Source of the DNA: a virus
Direction: 5' to 3' (one strand)
Length of the DNA stretch: 64,000 nt
Virus genome (UHGV): UHGV-0300374
The notes under the pieces were generated by a model that did no database searches, was not told the DNA's origin, and saw only the letters and a program-made list of their open reading frames with translations. Positions within the stretch are counted from its first letter, which is position 1, and every line of letters starts with the position of its first letter. This document shows, piece after piece, positions 1 through 9,321 of this stretch. Position numbers and translations under genes: made by a program.

Positions 1-319
1 TACGGCTGAACAAGCTGAACAGTATCTTCTTGCAGATGTTGAAAAATTCGTTGCAGCAGTTAACAAAGCTATCAAGGTTCCAACTTCTCAGAATGAGTTT
101 GATGCACTTGTAAGTGAAACATACAACATTGGTATCACGGCTATGCAGGACTCCACATTTATCAAGCGCCACAATGCTGGTAATAAGGTTGGTTGTGCAG
201 AAGCTATGCAGTGGTGGAACAAGGTCACAGTCAAAGGTAAGAAGGTCACTTCAAACGGCCTGAAAAACAGACGTAGAATGGAAGCTGACATTTATCTTGA
301 CAGTGTATATCCAAAGTAA
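1..319 (+). CDS. endolysin, GH24 phage lysozyme family, C-terminal part (5' end outside window)
   Basis: Frame-2 translation ...SQNEFDALVSETYNIGITAMQDSTFIKRHNAG...GLKNRRRMEADIYL matches the conserved C-terminal lobe of T4/P22-type lysozymes; stop TAA 317-319. The antisense track ORF 88-291 is rejected. Confidence 0.75.
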   Translation, partial: TAEQAEQYLLADVEKFVAAVNKAIKVPTSQNEFDALVSETYNIGITAMQDSTFIKRHNAGNKVGCAEAMQWWNKVTVKGKKVTSNGLKNRRRMEADIYLDSVYPK

Positions 320-328
320 TATCTTCAT

Positions 329-357
329 AGGCTCCTTCGGGAGCCTTTTTTATTTTC
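329..357 (+). terminator. rho-independent terminator after endolysin
   Basis: Hairpin AGGCTCC-TTCG-GGAGCCT followed by TTTTTTATTTT. Confidence 0.6.
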
Positions 358-370
358 TAAGGAGAAAACT

Positions 371-769
371 ATGAAACTTTGGGCTAGTGACTTTGGAACT
401 TTTAAGTACACTCGTAATGGCTCGCTTGTACGCATTGTCGGGAACAATGTGGTTTCAAGAGGTGACAAGGTATATACACGGTTTACTGTAGAGCTTGTTG
501 AGTTGTCACCTATTGAGTCTGTGAACAATGGCCTGTTCAAGTTTGAGACTTACAATGTCAACGAACATGGACAATTCAACCCTCTTGGTGAAAGTGGACT
601 TGATATTATTTCAGAGCACCCATTGACAAAAGAGCAACTTGCAGGTTACTATAAATCTGTTCTGGAAAGGCAGTTAGCAACACATGAACAAGAAGCTAAC
701 TACCATCTACAGCATTGCGAAACTTTAAGAGCAAAAATCGAACAAGCAGAGAGAGGTTTTTATGAATAA
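371..769 (+). CDS. hypothetical protein
   Basis: 132-aa ORF in a tightly packed same-strand array; no recognisable motif. Confidence 0.45.
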   Translation: MKLWASDFGTFKYTRNGSLVRIVGNNVVSRGDKVYTRFTVELVELSPIESVNNGLFKFETYNVNEHGQFNPLGESGLDIISEHPLTKEQLAGYYKSVLERQLATHEQEANYHLQHCETLRAKIEQAERGFYE

Positions 770-1169
770 AGATGTTAGAGATATTCAAGTAAAGGTTGAC
801 ACATTTGGTCATGATGGTCGAGAAGACATCGGTTTTGCCGACGCAGTAATATTCAAGTGCAACGGAGATTTATTCCTTCGTTTTACAGGGTCTGGAAGCA
901 CCCTTCATCGGGTGCGAGATGATGAAGATGGCTGCCCTGTATTTGGTTGGTTTAACACAGAGTTCCCTCTCTACGTAATCCACTATCCAGATGGTGGAGA
1001 AGACTGGACAACTCAATCAATCTTTGATGAGCTTAATGGTGTTCCAGTTGAGCAAGAAGAGCAAGAAGAGCAAGAACCTGTTGAACTCACCTTCACTTTT
1101 ATCAAAGAAGAGAAAGTGGGTGATTTGTCAGTAACTGAAGCAATTCAAGTCTCACAGGTTATTCGTTAA
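762..1169 (+). CDS. hypothetical protein (acidic, EEQEEQE tract)
   Basis: 135-aa ORF; start overlaps upstream stop. Confidence 0.45.
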   Translation: MNKDVRDIQVKVDTFGHDGREDIGFADAVIFKCNGDLFLRFTGSGSTLHRVRDDEDGCPVFGWFNTEFPLYVIHYPDGGEDWTTQSIFDELNGVPVEQEEQEEQEPVELTFTFIKEEKVGDLSVTEAIQVSQVIR

Positions 1170-1462
1170 TGAGTAAAGTACAGGTTGTTTTCCCTATTTG
1201 TGACTTCTCACTAGAGCGTGAACTAGACCTGTACGAAGAAATTACTGACGAAATTATCTGGTCTGTTGTAGAAGAGGCTATCAAGAAGCTGTATGGTGGC
1301 CTCTTAAACCCATCAAGTAAGAAGTTAAGCACTAAGCAAGTAGCTGACCCATATGTTTCATATGATGCCTACAACAAACCTTTTGAGAATACCTGCTTTG
1401 ACCTTATGGTAGGTAATAACAAAGTCAACTATTTCTTCGTCAGAGAGTTTAACGATGAGTAA
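1169..1462 (+). CDS. hypothetical protein
   Basis: 97-aa ORF; ATGA-type stop-start overlap with upstream ORF. Confidence 0.4.
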   Translation: MSKVQVVFPICDFSLERELDLYEEITDEIIWSVVEEAIKKLYGGLLNPSSKKLSTKQVADPYVSYDAYNKPFENTCFDLMVGNNKVNYFFVREFNDE

Positions 1463-1799
1463 GCTCCATGTCACAGTGTACAAAAACTTCTCAGATATCA
1501 AAGAGTCTTTAACAAATAAGCTTGACTTACAACGTAAAAGACTCTTTTTAATGTACGACATAGACAACTACAACCATCCTAAAGAGTTTAACTACAAAGA
1601 TGGTACAAAGGTCGTTGAATTTGAAGATTCTGTGACGGTGTATGTCAAGCATGACTTACCAGCAAAGTACATAGGGATGTTAGAGTACTACATATTCAAA
1701 CATACAGGTATGCGTGGTGAAGCTGTTAAGATATCTTCTATAGAAGTTTTTGAGAAACCTAACACACAACTTAAAAAGTATTTAATGAGGAAACTGTAA
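1455..1799 (+). CDS. hypothetical protein
   Basis: 114-aa ORF in operon packing. Confidence 0.4.
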   Translation: MSKLHVTVYKNFSDIKESLTNKLDLQRKRLFLMYDIDNYNHPKEFNYKDGTKVVEFEDSVTVYVKHDLPAKYIGMLEYYIFKHTGMRGEAVKISSIEVFEKPNTQLKKYLMRKL

Positions 1800-2380
1800 T
1801 GTCCGAAGAGCAACAGAATATTACCCCACAAGTAACATTAGTCCAACATTTTGGAAATATTGAAGGTTGTATTGCACTTTTTCAACCAAATATCAACTCT
1901 CCTGTAAAAGTTTGCAAGTTGACTATGAATGTCAACAATATCAGTGTTTGCCTTGTTGAAGAGGTTCAATATTTCAAGTTCAATGACAGAGAGGTTGATG
2001 CTGCACTATTGAAGTATCGAGCAAACCTCGAAAAAGATATTGACCACAAAGAACTAGTAACACTGTTTGGTGACCTTCACAAGCTTCTTGAAAAGGTTAT
2101 GAAGCGCACATATTACATGAACAACGGTTCAATCATCACCACTTTGATTTCACCATGTATTTCAGAGCCAATTTTAACTGATGACGGTGGATACTACGTG
2201 GTAGCATCAGCAGATTCTGATTGGTGGATGAAGAACACAGCACTTAAGACAGTGATTGAGGCTATCCGCGAACATATCCCTTCATTCAGCCCGTGGAAAG
2301 GTAAAAGTGATGATTTCATTGCACTATTGAGTGAAGAGAGTAACAAGCGCAGTGCATTACTGCCTAAAAAATACTCTTGA
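1799..2380 (+). CDS. hypothetical protein
   Basis: 193-aa ORF, start overlaps upstream stop. Confidence 0.45.
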   Translation: MSEEQQNITPQVTLVQHFGNIEGCIALFQPNINSPVKVCKLTMNVNNISVCLVEEVQYFKFNDREVDAALLKYRANLEKDIDHKELVTLFGDLHKLLEKVMKRTYYMNNGSIITTLISPCISEPILTDDGGYYVVASADSDWWMKNTALKTVIEAIREHIPSFSPWKGKSDDFIALLSEESNKRSALLPKKYS

Positions 2381-2452
2381 CCGAGTATACAATATTGCTT
2401 ATGATGGGAGCTATCGAGAGGTAGTTCCCTTTTTAGTTTCTGGAGAATAGAT

Positions 2453-2998
2453 ATGGCTAAAGTGAAAGAGCACGATAAAATTATTTTGTATGTTAAACAG
2501 AATCCTTCAAAGAGTGTTGAGGCTGTTGTAACATACATCTCACACAATGGTACAGTTTATTTCCGACCACTGAAGAACTTAGACTTTGACACAACACCAA
2601 ACCACACATTCACTACTTCTGCAAGACTGTGTGCAGGGACTGTATACTCAACTGCTGAGATTGAGTCCTTATCTTTCACAGGTGCTTACAAAAACTTTAT
2701 AGGGATTGCTCTAAAGGACTCTGAAGAATCTTTTAAATTTTTCATGGAGACTAATAAAGGTTGCTACGCACATGTTATGCCAGTCTATAAGAAAGTTGAC
2801 ACAGAGCTTACCAGTAAGTGCGAAGAGCTTAGTAGTGACCTGAAGGAGCGTAAAACAGCTACTCAGAATGCTATTTACATCATTGAGAGGAACCATTTAG
2901 AAGTTCTTTTCAGAGATATGCTAAAAGCAGGGTTTACTCCAAACGAAATTACAAGAGAAACACAACGCCAGTTCAGAAATGCTATGGTGAAAGAATGA
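2453..2998 (+). CDS. hypothetical protein
   Basis: 181-aa ORF. Confidence 0.45.
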   Translation: MAKVKEHDKIILYVKQNPSKSVEAVVTYISHNGTVYFRPLKNLDFDTTPNHTFTTSARLCAGTVYSTAEIESLSFTGAYKNFIGIALKDSEESFKFFMETNKGCYAHVMPVYKKVDTELTSKCEELSSDLKERKTATQNAIYIIERNHLEVLFRDMLKAGFTPNEITRETQRQFRNAMVKE

Positions 2999-3213
2999 AA
3001 AAGTTAACTACAGTTGAAGATTACTACAAACTATCCCTGTTAGAGCAGTATCGCAGAAGCCAGAATATCAGAAAATGCTATGGTAAACACGCTGAAGGTG
3101 ACTTTTACCGTTGTTACGATGCAGATTTAAAAGGTGTAACACCTAGAGGGAAAGTCCTGCAAAGACTTGTTGACCTTGAGTGGAACAAACGATTGAGAGG
3201 GTTTGGAAAATGA
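2995..3213 (+). CDS. hypothetical protein
   Basis: 72-aa ORF overlapping neighbours by 4 nt. Confidence 0.35.
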   Translation: MKKLTTVEDYYKLSLLEQYRRSQNIRKCYGKHAEGDFYRCYDADLKGVTPRGKVLQRLVDLEWNKRLRGFGK

Positions 3214-3713
3214 TTTACGAAGAAAGATACAAAATAGATTACCAGAAGACTGGTCATCATACTTCTCTTAGAGTAACCAAACCGAATGGAGATACCGGTA
3301 TCATAGCACATTTTGGTGGTGATTATTGGTACGGTACAGGTTGCTTTGAGGGCTACAGTCAAGAATACTTGAAAGCTTTCTACAGAGACTTTACAAACGA
3401 CTACAACAGGGTTGTTGACGAAAAGAACAAGTGCATTAAGCATGAATATCATGCCAGAGGCTGCCTAAATATTGTTATGATACTAGTGTTCTTCTTAGCA
3501 ACATTACTAGCTGTATCAGCAATCAGCTACATAGCTCAAGACTTGACAATTACACAGATTACTGCAAAGCTACATGATATCTGGTACTTGTATGTTGTTC
3601 CTTTAGCTGGTATCATCATCTCACTAATGAGGTTCAGAGTTCATAAGAAACGACTTAAGGATTCTGAGGTTAAACTTGAAGAGGTAAGTAAAGAATGCAA
3701 CCTACAATTATAG
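3210..3713 (+). CDS. hypothetical membrane protein (two predicted TM helices)
   Basis: ATG 3210 overlaps upstream TGA (ATGA); hydrophobic segments LNIVMILVFFLATLLAVSAISYI and YLYVVPLAGIIISLM. Confidence 0.4.
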   Translation: MIYEERYKIDYQKTGHHTSLRVTKPNGDTGIIAHFGGDYWYGTGCFEGYSQEYLKAFYRDFTNDYNRVVDEKNKCIKHEYHARGCLNIVMILVFFLATLLAVSAISYIAQDLTITQITAKLHDIWYLYVVPLAGIIISLMRFRVHKKRLKDSEVKLEEVSKECNLQL

Positions 3714-3789
3714 CTGTATGTGTTCGTTTTGCAATCGCTGAAATGATTAACAAGGCAATCTTAAAAGATGCCTATGGAGAGACTAAGTA

Positions 3790-4014
3790 ATGATTAAGAC
3801 ACCTGTACCAATTTTTGGATTTCCTTCTATAGAAGAGTTCAAAGTTTATCTTGACAAAAACTTCTACAACGAGCAGCCTGTTACTTTGCTGAAGAGTGAC
3901 TTATCAGAGCTTCTTGATATGGTTATTAAGGCAACTTCTGAGAAGGAGCCTGAACAGAAAGCTGAGAAGAAGACTAGTAAGAAATCCGATAAGAAGACTG
4001 AAAAGTCTGAGTAA
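3790..4014 (+). CDS. hypothetical protein (Lys/Glu-rich C-terminus)
   Basis: 74-aa ORF. Confidence 0.35.
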   Translation: MIKTPVPIFGFPSIEEFKVYLDKNFYNEQPVTLLKSDLSELLDMVIKATSEKEPEQKAEKKTSKKSDKKTEKSE

Positions 4015-4066
4015 TAACTTAGGGGTTACTTGATAGCCCCTTTGTAGAAACTTAGAAGGTAGCGAA

Positions 4067-4516
4067 ATGAAAGAGCTTATTGGTAAAAGATTGACAGTTT
4101 ACTGCTCTAAAACAAAGAAACCACTCACTTCTGTGAAGGTTTTTGATGTTGACACCACTGGTGTAGAGTACCCAATCCAATGCACAATAATTACTCCATT
4201 CAATGCAGATGATATGGACTTTAAAGAGTGTGAAGTGATATCTTTTAATGCTGATGGGTATTGGAGAGGTAAGTTAAACAAGCAATCAAAAGATTTTGAT
4301 ATGCAAATCCTTATCAATGAAGGCTATATCGGTGTAAAAGATATCCTCGTAGAAGCCTATGAAGAGGGTATAATAGATGTTGTGCATGATGTTGAAGAAG
4401 CTTTAAAGCTCATTATGCCACATTTAGAATCTGGAAAGCTGACTTTAGAAATGTTTAATAGGGTTATTCGGAGAGCTTATGAAAGTAAAAGAGATAGTGC
4501 AAAGAGCAATGCTTGA
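4067..4516 (+). CDS. hypothetical protein
   Basis: 149-aa ORF. Confidence 0.4.
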   Translation: MKELIGKRLTVYCSKTKKPLTSVKVFDVDTTGVEYPIQCTIITPFNADDMDFKECEVISFNADGYWRGKLNKQSKDFDMQILINEGYIGVKDILVEAYEEGIIDVVHDVEEALKLIMPHLESGKLTLEMFNRVIRRAYESKRDSAKSNA

Positions 4517-4943
4517 CAACTCAACTAAAGATGAGATGTACACAGAAATTTGTGATAAGTTGAACTGTTCAAGACATGCTGCTAAGGTTCTTGTACATTG
4601 TTTTATCTGGGAATGCTCAGAAGCTTATATGAAACACGTAGCTTTTGAGAGTTCTCATTTACTCGGTGATGCAAAAATAGGTGTAGCACTAAAAGAGCCT
4701 GAGATGAAAACAGTACCTAAAGTTGGTAATGTGTATAAACTAAAAAATTTTATTACAGGCGAGATTGTTGCAGAAGGTGAAGTGCAACAGGTTTATCATG
4801 ATGGTAAATATCTGTTTAAGATATTCGAGTATGATAGTCGTTACAGACACTTATGTGGTATTACATTTTTAGTTTCAGAGGATGACCTCATAAAGAACAA
4901 TAGTAATAAATTCGCAGTACCAGAATATCAAGTTTTACGATAA
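4479..4943 (+). CDS. hypothetical protein (start may be the ATG at 4509)
   Basis: 154-aa ORF overlapping upstream gene. Confidence 0.4.
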   Translation: MKVKEIVQRAMLDNSTKDEMYTEICDKLNCSRHAAKVLVHCFIWECSEAYMKHVAFESSHLLGDAKIGVALKEPEMKTVPKVGNVYKLKNFITGEIVAEGEVQQVYHDGKYLFKIFEYDSRYRHLCGITFLVSEDDLIKNNSNKFAVPEYQVLR

Positions 4944-4947
4944 TGGT

Positions 4948-5505
4948 GTGATAGATATGGAAAAAGATAACTTAAAAGATGTTGAAGGTAACTATCTAGT
5001 CCTTGACTGGAAGGATGTTCGGGAAGCACTCTCCGAAGAAAATCTTGACTGGTTCGAACAAATTATCTTTGCAGTACGGCATAACCGAGAAGTTGAAAAT
5101 GGTAAAGAGCCATTAGAAGGAATCTTTGTAGAGAGGTCTTATCCGTTCTATGAAGACACTTTGCAGAAAGTTAAGATGTACTTTAAACAGAAGAACCGTA
5201 AAGTGGTCACTATGGTATCTCTTGGTGGACAGAGTATGTCTGTGATGGAAGATATCAACCCTAAGAGACCGAGTAAAGGCGTTTGTATAAAAATCACAGG
5301 ACATGAAGAGTATATCTCAGTTGATGACTTTAGTGCATTCTGTAATGGCTCTTGTGTCTTTAATGGTTTTCACTATGATATCCGAGTGTACCCAATCAAG
5401 GGAGATGATATCATGATGCAGGTATTTGATAACAACAATGGCTTTACTCATTTTTATCAGACAACCAAGTCATCACTAAAAACAGTTCTGGAAACACTGA
5501 TTTAA
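4948..5505 (+). CDS. hypothetical protein
   Basis: 185-aa ORF, last gene of the plus-strand early block. Confidence 0.45.
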   Translation: MIDMEKDNLKDVEGNYLVLDWKDVREALSEENLDWFEQIIFAVRHNREVENGKEPLEGIFVERSYPFYEDTLQKVKMYFKQKNRKVVTMVSLGGQSMSVMEDINPKRPSKGVCIKITGHEEYISVDDFSAFCNGSCVFNGFHYDIRVYPIKGDDIMMQVFDNNNGFTHFYQTTKSSLKTVLETLI

Positions 5506-5514
5506 AATATCTTA

Positions 5515-5542
5515 AGAGCCTCCTTAATTGGGGGCTTTTTAT
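5515..5542 (+). terminator. probable rho-independent terminator
   Basis: Imperfect hairpin AGAGCCTCC-TTAATT-GGGGGCT followed by TTTTTATT. Confidence 0.4.
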
Positions 5543-5544
5543 TG

Positions 5545-7130
5545 AGTAAAATTTACGAAATTTATATTTTTATAAAATTTTATCGGTTGTCCCAACCTCT
5601 GGGTCACCATCATATGTGAACAAAATATCTACCCTTCTTAACAACCTTCTTAATCTTACTCTCTATATAGTTATATAGTACTATATAGTATCTTAGTAAC
5701 TATCTAGTGGTCTTAATAGCCCTCTGTATAGCCCTTCTAAATAGCCATCTAAACACTCTTCTAACAAGCCTTCTAAACAACCTATACAATCATCTTAACC
5801 ATCTCTCTACACACTCTTAGAAGCTCCTATACACCTCTTAATCTCTATGTAAGCTATGATACTCTCTATAGGTGTTCACTAGGTATTACTAAGCCTCTAT
5901 ATAGACTGTTTTAGCCAACTTAACAGGAATATCTTTACAGACCTTATCTCACAAGGTCTAACACGGTACTAACAAGGTATCTTATAAGCCTGTTTCTACC
6001 TGTATTTTAGAAAGACTGTATAGGTAATTATTCAGAATTTTAAAATTTTTATAAAATAGGACTATCAAGTCATTTTTTAGGGTCTTTGAAGGAACTGAAA
6101 AATATCTGATTAGGATGTATATCTGCTTGGTAGCCCTTAACAGCTCCCTTACAAGTACTTTGCAAAATTTTAAAATATCCTTAACAATCTCTTAACAGTT
6201 CTCACATCTTCTTAACAACTCTTCAAAGGTCTTAACAGATTCTTAACAAGTCTAACAAGGTTGTAACAGTTTTCTAACAAGACTTAATAGGGCTTTACAG
6301 AATCTTAACAGATGACTAACAAGAGCTAACAAGTTAATTTTAAAGAGTTATTTTGTTAAGATAATTAACAAGTTTCTAACAAGTGTTTAATCTTTTTAAC
6401 AAGCTATTAACATGGTCACTATCTCTTTCTTATCGTTCCCTTTCCCTTCTTAGTGATTCCTTAAACATACCTCTTAAAAGCTCTCTATAGCTCTCTATAG
6501 CTCTTTATAAGCCCCTTTAAGCCTCTTCCTAGTATTTACCCCCCAACTGTACAGATAGCTCTTTATAGGTCTTTACAGGAGCTTTTAAGGCTATGTCAAA
6601 GACTCTTACAAGGCTTTTACGTGGTCTTAACAGAGATTTAACAAGGGGCTAACAAGTTGCTAACAAGTGCCTTAAAAGCATAACTATGTAGGGTTTGTTA
6701 AGAAATTGTTAAGAAAATGTTAAGGGGGCTAGCATTTACGTAACTTTATAGCCTCTTTTACGTAACTTTGAAGTAACTTTATAGCCCCTATAACATGTTT
6801 TTTAGTGACTAGCAAGGGGGTTGTTTAACCATTCACAAGATACTAACCAGCCTATAAGCTTACACCCTTATAAGATTCTTTTAAGCCTCTATAAAGCCCT
6901 GTAAAGAGCTTTTTAAGATAGGTTAATGCAATCCCTTAAGTTAGGTTGATAAGGCTGTTATAGAGCTTTATAGAGCGTTTAAATGGGCCATCCCCTTTCT
7001 GGGGTTATTGGCTTTTATTTAAGTTGATTTGATAAAAGGTTATAGAGTAGACTATAGAGTTATTGCTTTTAAGGTCTGATAAGATTCTGGAAAGGAAAGG
7101 GAAAGGGATTGTATAAGGATTCGATAGACG
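5545..7130. repeat. ORF-free block of short degenerate direct repeats (YTAACAAG, CTNTATAG, CTTTTAAG units) at roughly 10-11 bp spacing
   Basis: No ORF of 60 aa or more on either strand across 1.6 kb; dense recurrence of cttaacaag / ctaacaag / ctctatag / ctttatag words. Confidence 0.6.
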
Positions 7131-7156
7131 TAAAAAAGCCCCTATTTAAAGGGGCT
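7131..7156 (-). terminator. rho-independent terminator ending the minus-strand small-gene array
   Basis: Minus-strand AGCCCCTTTAAATAGGGGCT hairpin followed by TTTTTTAC. Confidence 0.5.
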
Positions 7157-7194
7157 GTTCAGGTATCTGGGGCTATTTAGCCCCGCTGCGTCGA

Positions 7195-7443
7195 TTAGTT
7201 ATAATCTTGTTTGTTGTAGTACAGGGAGACGATTTTTTCTCCCCAATAGTGATAAGTATAACCATCCTTGAGAACTTCTTGTTTTGTTTCCTCCCAGAAC
7301 TCATCCGAAGGATTATAATCTTTGATGGTCTGACTGATAAGACCTTTCACCATTTCAAAGGCGTTATCAGTGCCTGCAATGTCAAATTTAACATCCAGAG
7401 AGGAAAAACCGAACTCGTTAACAGTAGCGCGGATAGTTGCCAT
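7195..7443 (-). CDS. hypothetical protein
   Basis: 82-aa ORF preceded by a repeat cassette with RBS. Confidence 0.4.
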   Translation of the reverse strand: MATIRATVNEFGFSSLDVKFDIAGTDNAFEMVKGLISQTIKDYNPSDEFWEETKQEVLKDGYTYHYWGEKIVSLYYNKQDYN

Positions 7444-7509
7444 TTTTGAATCTCCTAGTTTAAGGGTTTTATTTAATGGGGAGGTTATCGCCTCCCGTTG
7501 ATTAGTAAT

Positions 7510-7773
7510 TTACTGCATATTGGCGTATGTTGCAAGCCTTTTTTCGTTGTATTTTGTAAGAATCTCACAAGATAAAACATCATATTTTGTAACAGCTTTG
7601 CCTTTGTCGAGGTCAAAGAATCCAAATGATTTACCATCTTTGAATCCGACAACTTCGTAAGATTCTTTAATGATTTCACCATTGAACAAATCGCTTTCGA
7701 TACGGTGGAATAATGCTACATCCTCTTTGTCGGTTGCAATTTGTAAAAGAGTGGTCAGTTCGACGTGTTCCAT
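7510..7773 (-). CDS. hypothetical protein
   Basis: 87-aa ORF with upstream cassette. Confidence 0.4.
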   Translation of the reverse strand: MEHVELTTLLQIATDKEDVALFHRIESDLFNGEIIKESYEVVGFKDGKSFGFFDLDKGKAVTKYDVLSCEILTKYNEKRLATYANMQ

Positions 7774-7834
7774 TTTGAATCTCCAGTTTAGGATTTTATT
7801 TAGTGGGGGAGGTCATCCCCCGTTGATTGACAAT

Positions 7835-8365
7835 TTACAGACTTTTGATTGTCTCGTCAATATCTTTTTCAATTTCTCTTAAAGTTTTTTCTAAGTTCTT
7901 GATATTCAGCATTAACCCCTCTCCCAGTGTCTTAGCGTAACCATTTGGGCGATGGTCATAAAGCTCGATTTCTTCCACTTCGTAAAGGCTGACATTGAAG
8001 CCCCCTACCCCGTAGGCTGTGGATGAAGTGCCTTCCGGTGCTTTGTAGTACTTATTGAGATTCTTTAAAGAGCGCTCGTAAGCCATACGATAACCGTTTA
8101 ACACTGTTTTAGTGCAATCTCGTACACCTTCACACTGTACCGCATACTTTTCTAAGAACAGCGGGAGGAGTTCCGCTACCGCTTGCATGAAGTTCGATAC
8201 TACAACGGTAGAAACATTACGACGATGAACGTAATAAGCCCCGTTTTCTGATTTAGTGATAGTTGCGAAATGTTCACCATTGCAACGGAATTCATAGGTA
8301 TCTTTTACAGGCTTTGACATGACATGAATTGAACGGATGTAGTTGATAGCTTTGAACTTGTTCAT
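7835..8365 (-). CDS. hypothetical protein
   Basis: 176-aa ORF with upstream cassette. Confidence 0.45.
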   Translation of the reverse strand: MNKFKAINYIRSIHVMSKPVKDTYEFRCNGEHFATITKSENGAYYVHRRNVSTVVVSNFMQAVAELLPLFLEKYAVQCEGVRDCTKTVLNGYRMAYERSLKNLNKYYKAPEGTSSTAYGVGGFNVSLYEVEEIELYDHRPNGYAKTLGEGLMLNIKNLEKTLREIEKDIDETIKSL

Positions 8366-8589
8366 TTTAGAATCTCCTAGTTTAAGGGCTTTGTTTAGTG
8401 GGGAAGTTCATTCCCTCCCCGTTGATTAGTAATTTACTTGTTTTGATATCTGATTGCAAGCAATTTTTTAAGCTTATCTATAAAGAAATCTTTTAAGTGA
8501 ATCCCTTTTAGATAAACCCCCTCGAACAAAGTTACCAATGTCAATGGGTATTGTCAACACTTTTTTAAAAGTTTTTTATAAGTTATTGA

Positions 8590-8931
8590 TTAACTGATGA
8601 ATATTTTTTCAGGCTTTACATAGCTGATACGCTGACTTTTTAGCAGGTCATCCCAGATTAACGCGGCGATATGGGCATAACCGGATTCACGTAAAAGTTT
8701 CATTGTTTTACTTCTCGTTTCAAAACGGCTTGCATAGTACTCACTATTCAGTGTCGTTTTATTCCCTTCGTTGTCTACATGGATAATCTGCATCACTTGA
8801 AAGGGGCTTGTGTCCTCGCCTTTATTCCACTGTTCAAAGTATTTTAGGCACTGCATAGGTGACATCTTATCACTGACCTGAGTTGACCAAGATGCGCCAG
8901 CTTTATCGGTAATTACGGTTACATAAGCCAT
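8590..8931 (-). CDS. hypothetical protein
   Basis: 113-aa ORF with upstream cassette. Confidence 0.45.
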   Translation of the reverse strand: MAYVTVITDKAGASWSTQVSDKMSPMQCLKYFEQWNKGEDTSPFQVMQIIHVDNEGNKTTLNSEYYASRFETRSKTMKLLRESGYAHIAALIWDDLLKSQRISYVKPEKIFIS

Positions 8932-9021
8932 TTTTAGATTCTCCAGTTTAGGACTTTATTTAGTGGGGAAGGTCATTCCCTCCCCGTTGATTGACAATTT
9001 ACAGATTTTTATCAGGCTTGT

Positions 9022-9255
9022 CTAGTCTTTTTCAATGATAATTTCATACTGACCATCAACACTATCGAAATAGATTCCGTCGTCATCTTCTGTCTTAAAG
9101 TAACACTGAATATCATCACTTGCGGGGTAGTCTTGCCTTGCTATCTGGCAAACTTGAATAGCATTTTCTTTACTTCCTGTAAACTCTTCAAGCCCTTTAA
9201 AATCGCATGAATGACCGTTACAAATAGAAAGGATGAGGTAAACGGTTGTAAGCAT
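9022..9255 (-). CDS. hypothetical small protein with hydrophobic N-terminus
   Basis: 77-aa ORF; N-terminus MLTTVYLILSICNG; preceded by a different stem-loop (agccccttacaggggct) and RBS GGGAGG. Confidence 0.35.
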   Translation of the reverse strand: MLTTVYLILSICNGHSCDFKGLEEFTGSKENAIQVCQIARQDYPASDDIQCYFKTEDDDGIYFDSVDGQYEIIIEKD

Positions 9256-9321
9256 GATTTAAGCCTCCCAAAAGCCCCTGTAAGGGGCTAAATAGTGTTT
9301 ATAAGGTGATTGCATAGGTTT

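Noticed and set aside
88-291. Minus-strand ORF of 67 aa
   Set aside because: It lies antisense within the plus-strand frame that encodes a convincing GH24 lysozyme C-terminus.
5541-7194. Possible CRISPR array in the repeat-rich non-coding block
   Set aside because: Repeat units are only 8-11 nt and degenerate, with no regular 28-37 nt repeat/spacer alternation and no cas genes nearby.
5541-7194. tRNA genes in the long non-coding regions (also 48870-49410 and 50456-50945)
   Set aside because: No cloverleaf-compatible segments with T-loop-like GTTCRANYC words were seen; the regions are AT-rich or GT-repeat-rich. A tRNAscan-SE run would be needed to exclude them formally.
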